NCBI GenBank assembly: GCA_041745915.1 | Contig: JBGTHZ010000042.1 | Span: 23,146-87,145, forward strand | Length of the DNA stretch: 64,000 bases | Reading direction: 5' to 3' | From: Pyrinomonadaceae bacterium | GTDB taxonomy: Bacteria; Acidobacteriota; Blastocatellia; Pyrinomonadales; Pyrinomonadaceae | Part shown: positions 51,258 through 60,700 of the stretch, in pieces | Numbering within the stretch: the first letter of the stretch is position 1 | Layout of the letters: each line of letters starts with the position of its first letter | Notes under the pieces: model-generated | Told to the model about the DNA's origin: nothing | Database searches by the model: none | The model's input: only the letters and a program-made list of their open reading frames with translations | Position numbers and translations under genes: made by a program

Positions 51258-52472
51258 TTATTGGGCGGGATTGCCCTGTAATGCAACAGGTTTTCTTAAC
51301 CAACCCGCTGTGTTGATTAGCCACTGTAATTGACCTTTGATTGCCTCCGCGTAGATCAAGGCGCCCATCTTATTAGGATGTCCCAACGAAGCGTAACGGC
51401 AAGCCAGATACTTGGCTTCGCGCGACTCTTTCTGTTCCTTGTCTTCACGCATCCCCTTCGCTCGTTTGTAGGTCTCTTTACAACTCTTGCTGCGACTGCT
51501 TCGCAGCTCATCATTTGGCTTGTAGGCGGCCGTGCCTAGTGTCAGCACCACAATCGCGTGTCGCAAGCCTGAGAGATTGGTAGATCCGAACATGAAATTC
51601 CAGAGTAGCGTATCCGGCGCGGAAAAGGCGTGCTCGGGCGAAAATTGAATCTCAGCAAAAAGGATTCTTGGTTTAGCACCGCTTTGACCCAGTTCCGAGT
51701 TTACCGCTGCGACTGCCTGGACCAGGCTGCGAGTCGAAACCTGGTACCATAGCTCGGAAATCGCCACCAGATTCTCGCGCATTTGCTTGTCGCTCATCCG
51801 CCGGGATTCAGGTTTTTGCGTAGTAAGACTTTTGACCAGCAGTCGCGCGAAACTATTATCATCGCTCAAAGGTGAGAGAATTCTGTAGTAGCCCGGAACC
51901 ACGACCTGTGCATTGGGAAACTCCCGGGTAATGCGCTGCAGCAGCGATTGCATCCGCCCACCGCACTTCTCTCTGATGCTGACCTCGAGTAGATCCAACG
52001 AGGTTGAAGCGTCCAAAAGATTACGCACATCCACGTCGTTAATACAGCCATTGACCAGAATGAGATCCACCTCGGCCGGATCGCCGTAATAGTTTCTGGC
52101 GGCATCGACTTGCTGGTTAATCGTGGGCGTCAGCAGGTTTACTTCCCGATCTTTAGAAGTGAAAATCTCGGACCCCGGGGCGGCCTCGACTGCAGCTCCA
52201 GAATGCGCTTCCACCCTCTCCCGCACGTTCCTTCCGGTCTTCTCCTGAAGCCAGTTCTTGAGTCGCCACCAGGCCTTGTCCGGCGTTTTCAAACCCTGGC
52301 CCCACATTATCGAATCGCCAAGCACCAACATATGTATCGGATCAGATGCGTTCGCTTTGCTGGTATGGGCTGCGGGCTGCTGTGCAACGCTGGAGTTGAC
52401 CGCTACCAGCGCAAGTATGCCTAACAGGATCGCAGCCATGCTTGAGCTGGAAATGAGTCTTCGAATCAACAT
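51258..52472 (-). CDS. Exported SGNH/GDSL hydrolase family protein
   Basis: Signal-like N-terminus, block I LVLGDSIMWGQG, and block-like GCINDV. Confidence 0.65.
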   Translation of the reverse strand: MLIRRLISSSSMAAILLGILALVAVNSSVAQQPAAHTSKANASDPIHMLVLGDSIMWGQGLKTPDKAWWRLKNWLQEKTGRNVRERVEAHSGAAVEAAPGSEIFTSKDREVNLLTPTINQQVDAARNYYGDPAEVDLILVNGCINDVDVRNLLDASTSLDLLEVSIREKCGGRMQSLLQRITREFPNAQVVVPGYYRILSPLSDDNSFARLLVKSLTTQKPESRRMSDKQMRENLVAISELWYQVSTRSLVQAVAAVNSELGQSGAKPRILFAEIQFSPEHAFSAPDTLLWNFMFGSTNLSGLRHAIVVLTLGTAAYKPNDELRSSRSKSCKETYKRAKGMREDKEQKESREAKYLACRYASLGHPNKMGALIYAEAIKGQLQWLINTAGWLRKPVALQGNPAQ

Positions 52473-52515
52473 GCAAGTCTCATAGCGCGCCCCGAGCGCA
52501 AGCAGGTAGTTTCAT

Positions 52516-52595
52516 GCAAAGACGAAAGGGGGCGTAGACGCAAAGAAGAATAATACATACCTGACTTTGCGTCTTGGCCCCCTTTGCGCCTTTGC
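52516..52595. repeat. Word-built hairpin (CTTTGCG words)
   Basis: gcaaagacgaaagggggcgtagacgcaaag pairs with ctttgcgtcttggccccctttgcgcctttgc. Confidence 0.75.
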
Positions 52596-52705
52596 GTGCC
52601 ATTCTTGCTCGAAACACTCTGCATTGTGTTTCACAGACTGTTTTAGAGTTAACACCAGAATCTCTGGTCTGTCCACATGGACTTGCGGTGACGCTCAAAT
52701 GACGA

Positions 52706-53572
52706 TTAGGTGGCTGACCTGAGGCTGAAAAGGAAGTCGTGAAGCAGGTTAAGGCTCACGTTGATTCGATAGTTGGCGGTTGACCGAATGTCGTCGATGG
52801 GCACGATCTCGCGAGCCAGGGCGGCCTTGCCGAGCTCCGTCAATTTATTGATTGGTTGACCGCGCAGGGCGGTTTCTGTTTTGAGGCAGCGGATCGGAAT
52901 CGGCGCCACACTTCCCAGGGCAATTCGAACATCCGCCAGGAGCCCACCGTCGAGTTTCGCACTTGCGGCGAAGCACACTTTTGAGATGGCTTGCGCTTTT
53001 CGCGTGCCGACCTTGCGATAGTAGTGCCTAAGAGTGTTGCTCGAGCGCGGCAGACGAATGCTCGCCAACAGTTCCTGCGGCTGGATGTCCATCTGTTTGT
53101 ATCCTGTATGAAATCCGTTATAGGAAACCCAGCGCGATCCTGTTGTGGAGACCAGTTCCAGCTCCGCATCGTAAACCAGCAAAGCGGGCGGCGAGTCGGC
53201 AGCAGGTGAAGCGTTAGCAATATTTCCACCGAGGGTGCCCCGGTTCTGAATGGCCAGGCCGCCGGTTTCACTTGCGGCCTGGCAAAGCATGGGGAACTCC
53301 ACGCGCAAAACGGGATGCGATTGAATCTCAGTGTAGGTTGTGAGCGCGCCGATGGTTACGCGGGCATCAGTCACCTCGATCCCGCGCAACTCTTCCAGGT
53401 TCCGGATGTTGACGTAGTTCCGGTGTGCGAGTTTGCCGGCTTCGAGCAGCACCATTAGATCGGTGCCACCGGCGAAGGGCTTCCAAACACCGGGCTCCCG
53501 CGCAACGAGCTCCAATGTCTCACGCAGGGAACCCGGAGTGAACAGTTGAAAATGTGGAATATAGGCCCGCAA
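52706..53572 (-). CDS. FAD-binding subunit of xanthine dehydrogenase-family molybdoenzyme (CoxM/XdhB type)
   Basis: FAGGTDLMVLLEAG motif. Proposed TTG start at 53572 (AGGA 9 nt upstream) gives ~289 aa; the longer 53827 ORF runs through repeat B4. Confidence 0.8.
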   Translation of the reverse strand: MRAYIPHFQLFTPGSLRETLELVAREPGVWKPFAGGTDLMVLLEAGKLAHRNYVNIRNLEELRGIEVTDARVTIGALTTYTEIQSHPVLRVEFPMLCQAASETGGLAIQNRGTLGGNIANASPAADSPPALLVYDAELELVSTTGSRWVSYNGFHTGYKQMDIQPQELLASIRLPRSSNTLRHYYRKVGTRKAQAISKVCFAASAKLDGGLLADVRIALGSVAPIPIRCLKTETALRGQPINKLTELGKAALAREIVPIDDIRSTANYRINVSLNLLHDFLFSLRSAT

Positions 53573-53614
53573 CGAGTGCTGTCCTGATTTCGGCAGCGAC
53601 CACTTAAGGTAAAA

Positions 53615-53686
53615 CACGATCCACAAAATCACACGAACCAACACTAACAAGGTTCTCTCATTTGGTTTCGGGTTTGTGCGATTGTG
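53615..53686. repeat. Family B element
   Basis: cacgatccacaaaatcacacgaaccaacac ... tttggtttcgggtttgtgcgattgtg. Confidence 0.65.
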
Positions 53687-53836
53687 AAATGGTGCCGGCG
53701 GCGTTCTTGGCTCCGGTCTTTCCTGTCTCTTCACCGGCAATCTTTGCTGCCGCCAGCGACAAGCATAGTCTGCGTAGCTGCGACACTCGCTTAAGACGTG
53801 TAGTAACTGCGTCAGCTGACATATCAACTTTTGGCA

Positions 53837-54304
53837 TTAAGAGTCTCCAGCTTGCAGTGCTTTGATGTCATCCTGATCCTGGCCGCTGCCTCGTAACTCT
53901 TTTAGTGAAATCAGCCCTTTACGCGAGACAACTGATAATTTTCCGCCCTCCCAATTGGCTGTAGTTCGAGACTCCCAAATCGGAAAAATCTCGGGTGTTA
54001 CCAGCAGCAGATCAAGTGATAGAAGATCGCCTGACTCCTGGTCGATCTTTGAGACCCGCCGTATCTCGATCGCGCCTCTGGCAAAGCTCAAATCCATTCC
54101 CCGAATGTTGTAACCGAGCGTGAGCGCGATGGGCAACACCTTCTCCAGTGATTCAGAAAGGATCAATATGTCGATGTCGATGGTCGAGCGAGGCCGCGCA
54201 TGAATGGCCATCGCCATTCCGCCGCATAAAGCGTAATCGATTTCATGCTCATCGAGTACGCTGATCAACTTACGAAGTTCGTCGTATATATCGAGCTCAG
54301 GCAT
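53837..54304 (-). CDS. Small Pol-beta-superfamily nucleotidyltransferase-like protein embedded in the xdh operon
   Basis: The [24 protein letters not shown] pattern (GG...DxD) is typical of minimal nucleotidyltransferases. ATG 54304 overlaps the stop of the 2Fe-2S subunit gene in the sequence ATGCCTGA. Confidence 0.5.
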   Translation of the reverse strand: MPELDIYDELRKLISVLDEHEIDYALCGGMAMAIHARPRSTIDIDILILSESLEKVLPIALTLGYNIRGMDLSFARGAIEIRRVSKIDQESGDLLSLDLLLVTPEIFPIWESRTTANWEGGKLSVVSRKGLISLKELRGSGQDQDDIKALQAGDS

Positions 54305-54785
54305 CGACCTGTTTCCCGCATGCGCGTACAACGGATTCGAAGATTTTCATGTATCCAGTGCAGCGACAGAGATTGCCGGCCAGCCCCGTGCGAATATCTT
54401 TTTCAGACGGATTCGGATTGCGCTCGAGCAGATCCACTGCGGCCATCACCATGCCCGGCGTGCAAATGCCGCATTGCGCGCCCCCGTAATCGATGAACGC
54501 TTGTTGTACAGCATGCAATTGGTCAGCGCCGGCAATGCCTTCAATCGTTTTGATCGATGCGCCTTCGACTTGGGCCATTGGTACCAGGCAACTGTTCACA
54601 ATCTGACCGTCAATGAAGACTGAACACGCGCCGCACTCGCCCTCCCCGCAACCTTCTTTGGTTCCGGTCAGCTGTAACTGGCCGCGCAGCACATCAAGCA
54701 GTCGCTCCATCGGGAAAGCTTGAATGGTTCTCGGCTCGTCGTTAACCGTGCACTGTATTTCAATTAGGCCATCCGCCGTTTTCAT
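54297..54785 (-). CDS. (2Fe-2S)-binding small subunit of xanthine dehydrogenase-family molybdoenzyme
   Basis: [11 protein letters not shown] and CGICTPGM / CRCTGY cluster motifs; 162 aa. Confidence 0.95.
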   Translation of the reverse strand: MKTADGLIEIQCTVNDEPRTIQAFPMERLLDVLRGQLQLTGTKEGCGEGECGACSVFIDGQIVNSCLVPMAQVEGASIKTIEGIAGADQLHAVQQAFIDYGGAQCGICTPGMVMAAVDLLERNPNPSEKDIRTGLAGNLCRCTGYMKIFESVVRACGKQVDA

Positions 54786-54848
54786 TTACCGAACTCCCCA
54801 AAGGACGACTCAAATTCCGTTACCTTGCAGCTCAGCAGTGATTCAAGA

Positions 54849-54914
54849 AGTTCAGAGTTCAAGCTTTAGCTTGTGGCAGCGCCACCTCACAACCTAAAGG
54901 TTGAACTCTGAACT
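54849..54914. repeat. Family E hairpin, copy 3, overlapping the 3' end of the Mo-subunit gene
   Basis: agttcagagttcaagctttagcttg ... caacctaaaggttgaactctgaact. The right arm encodes the last residues SSEFNL and the stop codon of the 54894-57134 gene. Confidence 0.85.
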
Positions 54915-57134
54915 TCTCGAATACACTCCCAACTCCTCCATTAGTGATTCAGGCATTAGCGGCACGTGACTGATGCTCACGCCGGTAGCATTTTCAATCG
55001 CACTGAGAATTGCCGGCGCCGGGCCGTCCATGGGCAGCTCGCCAATCCCTTTGGCGCCGGCCGGTCCGTAGGCGTACGGGTTCTCTTCAAAGTAAACCCG
55101 AATCGGAGGGATGTCGGCCGGAGTGGGAATGATGTAGTTGGTCATCTGATTGTTTGCCATGCGGCCATCTGCCCAGACCACATTTTCAAAAAGCGCGAAT
55201 CCAATCCCCTGCGCTACACCACCTTCAATCTGTCCGGCGGCCAGAACCGGGTTGATAACTTTGCCGACTTCCTGCACCGCCACGAAATCCTGAACGTGAG
55301 CTTCATAGGTAAGCATGTCTACCGTGACTTCCGCCACGTAAACGGCCCACGCATAGGTGCCATAGGCGTCGCCCTGATACTTCTCATCGTCCCAGAAGAC
55401 ATTCGGGGGCGGCTGGTACTTGCTGTAAGCCTTCAGCGGTCCGTGGGCCTTAATGTATTCGTCGCACGCTCTTTGAAAATCTGACCGCGAGTAGCCTTCC
55501 TTCAGATGACCACTCGCGACCATTGTCTGCTTCAGACCGAGTACTGCAGATTCGACCAGCTTGCCTACCACCATGCAGGTGCGAGACGCGACCGTGGGCC
55601 CGCTATTGGGAACGTTCCCAGTATCCGGCTGCGAGACTTCGATCAGGTCGTGGTCCAGGCCTAATGCTTCCGCCGCGATTTGAGCGAAGATCGTGTTAGT
55701 GCCCTGTCCGATCTCCGTGCTCGCCGCGAGAATCTTTACGCCGCCTTCTGGTGTAGCCTCGGCCCCTACTACTGATGCCAGATACACCTCCCCCGAGCCG
55801 GTAAAGCCAGCGCCATGCATAAACGACGCGAAGCCAATGCCTTTCCTGATCCGCGATGAAGGATTCTCTTTCGCGAATCTTTCTCTTTTCGCCCGGTAAT
55901 CCGTTACCTCAAGGGCGCGATCCAACAAGGCTTCCATTTCCACCTTTTCGCGAATCACCTGACTGGTCGCAGTGGTTTCGCCCTCATGAACGAAGTTACG
56001 ACGGCGAAACTCTTCAGGCGTCAACCGGACAGCGTGCGCAACCTTATCCATCTGGCGCTCGAGCGCGAAAATACTTTGAGGCGCGCCGAAACCCCGAAAG
56101 GCGCCATGGGGAGGCAAGTTGGTCGCAACTGCCCGGCTGCGGATCCGCACGTTCGGACACGAGTAGGGTCCGGCCGCATGGATTGTTCCACGAGAAAGGA
56201 CCACCGGAGAGAGTGTGCAATAGGCGCCGCCATCAATCACGAAATCAATCTCCATCGCCAGCAATTTTCCGTCTTTCGTGACTGCTGTTTTGTGTCTAGT
56301 GCGTGAGGGATGACGTTTGGTGGTGGCCACCATGTCTTCCGCGCGGTCGTAGATAATCTTGACGGGTTTACCAGATTTCAGGGCCAGCAACCCCGCATGG
56401 CCGGCAATGAGCGATGGGTACTCTTCCTTGCCGCCAAAGCCGCCGCCGGTCTCAGTTTGAATCACCCTTATCTTGTCGTCCGGTAACGCAAAAAGTTTAA
56501 CCAGCGCTTTGTGCACATAGTAAGGACACTGCATGGAACCCCAAACCGTTACGCCTTCCCGGGGGTTCGCAATAGCGACCACTCCATTATTTTCAATGTA
56601 AAGCTGCTCCTGCGCGCCTGTCTGATACTCCCGTTCGACGATATGATCGGCTAACGCCCAGACGTCATCTACGTTGCCCTTGTCTACCAGAAACGATTTG
56701 AAGACATTGTCATCTCCCCAGACGACTTCCTTCCGGGCCAACGAATCTTCAAGGGAAAAAATCGCCGGCAAGTCTTCGGTCTCGATGCGCACATTGCGAC
56801 GCGCTTCCTCCAGCAGATACTTGTCAGGATGGGCCAGGAGCAGTATTGGTTCTTCGGGGTGATTAATGACCTCGCCGGCGAGATAAGGCTGGTCGTTGAG
56901 AATCAGTGCGACGTAGTTTTCACCGGGAATATCTTTGGCGGTCACGATGGTGAATTCATCCCAGGGAATGTCGCCTTCGAAGGAAATGTTTTTGATTCGT
57001 CCCCTGGTAATCGAGCTGCGCACGGTCGTGCCATGAAGCATTCCTGGAAAGGTTAGGTCGTCAACATACAGGGCGGCCCCAGTGACTTTCTTGCGTCCTT
57101 CCTTGCGCGGAATGGATTTGCCAACCAGCGTCAT
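54894..57134 (-). CDS. Molybdopterin-binding large subunit of xanthine dehydrogenase-family enzyme
   Basis: 746 aa with the QTETGGGFGGKEEY motif. Its operon includes FeS and FAD subunits and lies next to urate/allantoin genes. Confidence 0.9.
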   Translation of the reverse strand: MTLVGKSIPRKEGRKKVTGAALYVDDLTFPGMLHGTTVRSSITRGRIKNISFEGDIPWDEFTIVTAKDIPGENYVALILNDQPYLAGEVINHPEEPILLLAHPDKYLLEEARRNVRIETEDLPAIFSLEDSLARKEVVWGDDNVFKSFLVDKGNVDDVWALADHIVEREYQTGAQEQLYIENNGVVAIANPREGVTVWGSMQCPYYVHKALVKLFALPDDKIRVIQTETGGGFGGKEEYPSLIAGHAGLLALKSGKPVKIIYDRAEDMVATTKRHPSRTRHKTAVTKDGKLLAMEIDFVIDGGAYCTLSPVVLSRGTIHAAGPYSCPNVRIRSRAVATNLPPHGAFRGFGAPQSIFALERQMDKVAHAVRLTPEEFRRRNFVHEGETTATSQVIREKVEMEALLDRALEVTDYRAKRERFAKENPSSRIRKGIGFASFMHGAGFTGSGEVYLASVVGAEATPEGGVKILAASTEIGQGTNTIFAQIAAEALGLDHDLIEVSQPDTGNVPNSGPTVASRTCMVVGKLVESAVLGLKQTMVASGHLKEGYSRSDFQRACDEYIKAHGPLKAYSKYQPPPNVFWDDEKYQGDAYGTYAWAVYVAEVTVDMLTYEAHVQDFVAVQEVGKVINPVLAAGQIEGGVAQGIGFALFENVVWADGRMANNQMTNYIIPTPADIPPIRVYFEENPYAYGPAGAKGIGELPMDGPAPAILSAIENATGVSISHVPLMPESLMEELGVYSRSSEFNL

Positions 57135-57166
57135 TGAATTGCGTCAGTGAAACGGACTCTTATCAG

Positions 57167-57352
57167 TTAGGGTTCGGGAACTGAGAGGTTACGGCAGATC
57201 TTCTTAGCAAGTTGGTTTGATACTTCCGTATGGCGAGGTACCGCTTCGACGGCTCCTGTTTTTGGGTTTAGCCAGAGAGAGTGTTCCCGACCTTCCCGCT
57301 TAAGATAGCAGCCATGTCTGCGCAAGTGCCGCAACAACGAGTTACGCTTCAT
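57167..57352 (-). CDS. hicA: Type II toxin HicA (mRNA interferase)
   Basis: 61 aa; LLRHLRRHGCYLKREGREHSLWLNP...VPRH is the canonical HicA pattern. Confidence 0.9.
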   Translation of the reverse strand: MKRNSLLRHLRRHGCYLKREGREHSLWLNPKTGAVEAVPRHTEVSNQLAKKICRNLSVPEP

Positions 57353-57564
57353 TGCACGACAACTGTGTCTTGAATGGCTTCCTTCGGCACACCACGCAGA
57401 CCATCTTCGCGCCTATCGTCAAGGATTAGGGCAATTGCCTCGGAAAGATTAGCCCGGCATTCTTCAACAGTACGACCCTGGCCATTCGCGCCTGGTATTT
57501 CTGGAGAATAACCGATAAACCATTCCCCATCTTCCTCAATAACCGCCGTAAACTCGTTGCGCAT
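57349..57564 (-). CDS. hicB: Type II antitoxin, short HicB family (no DNA-binding domain)
   Basis: 71 aa with FTAVIEEDGEWFIGYSPEIPGANGQGRTVEECRANLSEAI. Has an ATGA 4-nt overlap with hicA. Confidence 0.85.
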   Translation of the reverse strand: MRNEFTAVIEEDGEWFIGYSPEIPGANGQGRTVEECRANLSEAIALILDDRREDGLRGVPKEAIQDTVVVQ

Positions 57565-57726
57565 GCGAGATCTCCTTCTTGGTGAAGAGTAATCTACACC
57601 AAATCAGCGGGTGACGGTACAACTCCGCCCGCGACTAAATATTCTGTCAATTTACCCAGTAAGGCTTACGTTGGGCCAATCGGGCTAAAGTCTATATCTG
57701 GAACCCTTCTTAGCATTTGTTGTTGC

Positions 57727-60700
57727 TCACGGCTTGGCGATCACCAGCGGACTCGCCTCCGACTCTCTGCGGTAGAAGACGCGCGGGCGTTGCAGCGTTC
57801 GTTTCTCAGGGTCGGCAATATTCTGTTCGCCTTCAGTAAAGGCTATCTCCAACCCCACGCCTCGCGTCTCCTTCATCTTTGCTTCCTGCATCTGCGGCAC
57901 CCGCTCGGTGGCGAAGTCGAGCCATTCTCTCGCGCTCAGCAGTCCGTCCTTCGGTTCAACGTCGGCGATCGGCGTCTTGAGTCCTTCCTCAACCAATGCG
58001 TAGGTCAGGAGTCCGTGACCCAGATGCGCAGCTTCAAGAGCCGCCTGATAGCTCTGCGCGGCGGTCAGGATGTACATGCCCTTTTCGTAGGCGAGCTGGG
58101 CCAAACCCTTGGAATTCATTGGCCCACGACGTTTCTCTTCCGCCTCGAGTGCCTGCCCCGAGTTGCAGGCATCGATGACCATTAACAGGTGGCCGGCGTC
58201 CATGCCCTCGACCGCTTCCTCCAACTCTATGTCGGAGATGCTGTGCGAAAGTATGCTCTGCAGGCCCTGCTCCGAGAGCCTGGTCCTGTCGCCCGTGTAC
58301 CCGAGGTCATGCGGGATCAGGTAGAAGCGTTGCGCCTGGGCCGTTCCGTGACCGGCAAAGTAGATGATTACAATGTCTTCCGGCTCTGCTGGTTTGACTC
58401 GATCAAGAAAGCCCGCCTTCAGACTGGGCGGTTCAGCTGCGCCCGCTAACCGTTTTAGCGCCAACAGTATGTTCGCTTTGGTCGCGTTCTCGTCGAGCAG
58501 CGGAACGACTTCGACGCGCTCGAACCGCCCAACTTGCGTTTGTCGCGCGCGCACTTCATCACCAAAGCTCTGCGCGTCAGCCACGGCATATTTCAAGTTG
58601 TACTGCGGGTTTGCGTATTCATTTAAGCCGACCGCTATAACATAAGCGATGCCGGCGCGTTTCAGACTGTCCGCCCCTATCAATGGCAACTGAGCGTCCT
58701 TGCTCTTGACGTTATCTTTGTTGAAGGCGTAGGCCGTCAGCGCGTTTGCTCCGGCAGTGACGGTGATTTCTTCCTCGAGCGTGACGGCGGGTTTCCCCTT
58801 CAAAACATCGCCGTGCCAGACCTTCACTAACGAACCATTGCGAAACAGGCGCAGATCACGCGCCCCAGTACCCTGCGGATGATCTTTGTCAGCGGGCGAG
58901 TCGGTGACTTCGAGCTTTACCTTTACCCGGCGTGTAGCAATGCCAGTGGCTGGCGCCGGCTCGCCCGCCAGTGACAATTTAACGACAGGTTGGCGGCGGT
59001 CTTTCCGGGAAACATCCTGAGCCACGCGCGGTCGTTTGCCGGCAAGGATGTCGCTGAGCAGACCAGGATAGTAGTACTCGTTGAAGAACCATTCGATCGG
59101 TGCGACGTTGAAAGTGTCCTGGTTGTAGCGCCAGAGAATCTGGTTCCATGAAACAGGTGTGCCATCGAACAAACCCTGCGGCGTGACTACCATCCATTCG
59201 CCGCCATCGTCTAGAGAAATCAGTGTCGCCAGGTGTTCGCCCGTGCTCGTGTCCCACAAGAAGGTGCCGCCATCATCCGATGCCGATGCGAGCAAACGAG
59301 CGTCAGGGCTGAAGTCCATCGACTCGATGTTGGAGGTGTGCCCGGTGAGGGTGCGTAACTCGCGCTTGGTCGCAAGGTCCCAGATCCGGATCGTGTTGTC
59401 AGTGCTACCGGAAGCGAGTAGCCGGCCATCCCGGCTAAAGGCGACTTCCGTAATACCCTTGCCGTGCCCTTTGAGCTCTCCAACCTGGCTACCGCTGGCA
59501 ACGTCCCAAAGCCTTACCTGACCGGTAGTCTCGACTTTCATGTTCTTCATGAAATCCTGAGGATCGGGCGTGGGTTGTTTCTTCGGTCTCTTCCCCGGGT
59601 TCATTGCCCCAGCCATCATTGCGGCCATATCGAAATTCGACTTCGTCTCAACACCGCCGGTCGCCAACATGTGGCCGTCAGAACTGAATGCGAGCGAGGT
59701 AACTGTTTGGCCCATCGTGCCGGCAGACATCGCGCCCATCATGTTTGTCATCATGGCGCTGAGATCGGCAATGTTGGGCATTGCTACTGATCCGGATTTC
59801 ATGGCGCCGGGATTCAGAATGGTCTTGGGGTTGACCGAAGTGGGCATCGATCCGGGGTTACTAAGCGCTCCCAGGTTGGCTAACGGTGACGAAGTAAGAT
59901 CTCGTATCCGCTTGCCCGACTGAGCATCCCAGAGCGAGATTTGCCCCATGGCGCCGAGCGTCCCCAGAGTGCGACCGTCGGAGCTCAAGCCGGCTTTGGA
60001 TGCGCCTCCCAGGCCGAGCGATATTGACCGCAACTCATTCCCCGACTTTACATCCCAAATCTTTAATTGATTCTCATTGCTTCCTGGATTGTTGATTGAC
60101 GGGTTCTGCATCTGCTGCGGATCGGATCCATAGGACGTAAGTAGCATGGTCCCATCAGGGCTGAAATGAACGCGGTTAATAACGCCGCCACCCGTAGCCG
60201 GCGCCAGCCGCCGCAATTCTCGCCCGCTCGGAATTTCCAGAATTGTGACGACATTACTATTCATGGTGAATGTGGCAAGCAATTTTCCATCAGGGCCAGG
60301 CATGCCGAACACACTGTCGGATGGCGCAGTTGTGAGGCGCGAGCCACGACCGGTACGCAGGTCCCAGCGCGTGCGGCCACCGGAAGAAAGCCGAGTGCCG
60401 TCGGTGCTAAAAGCGACTTCGTAAGCCATGTTAGTGCGTCCGCTCATCTTGACGAGTTGTTTTAATGTTTCGGTTTCCCAGAGAATCGTTGGCGTAAGGA
60501 AGCCTCCGGTAGCAAGCTTCTTCCCATCCTCACTGAAGTTCGCGAAGATACTCATTTGCGAAGGCAGTAAGCCACTGTGCGGCGCGGTCAACATAGGTAA
60601 TTCTCGCAACGTCGCGACGTCCCACAGTTTGACCGTGAAGCCTTCCGCAAGTGCTAGCATTCGACCGTCGCGGCTGAACCTACTGACACCGCGATCCGTG

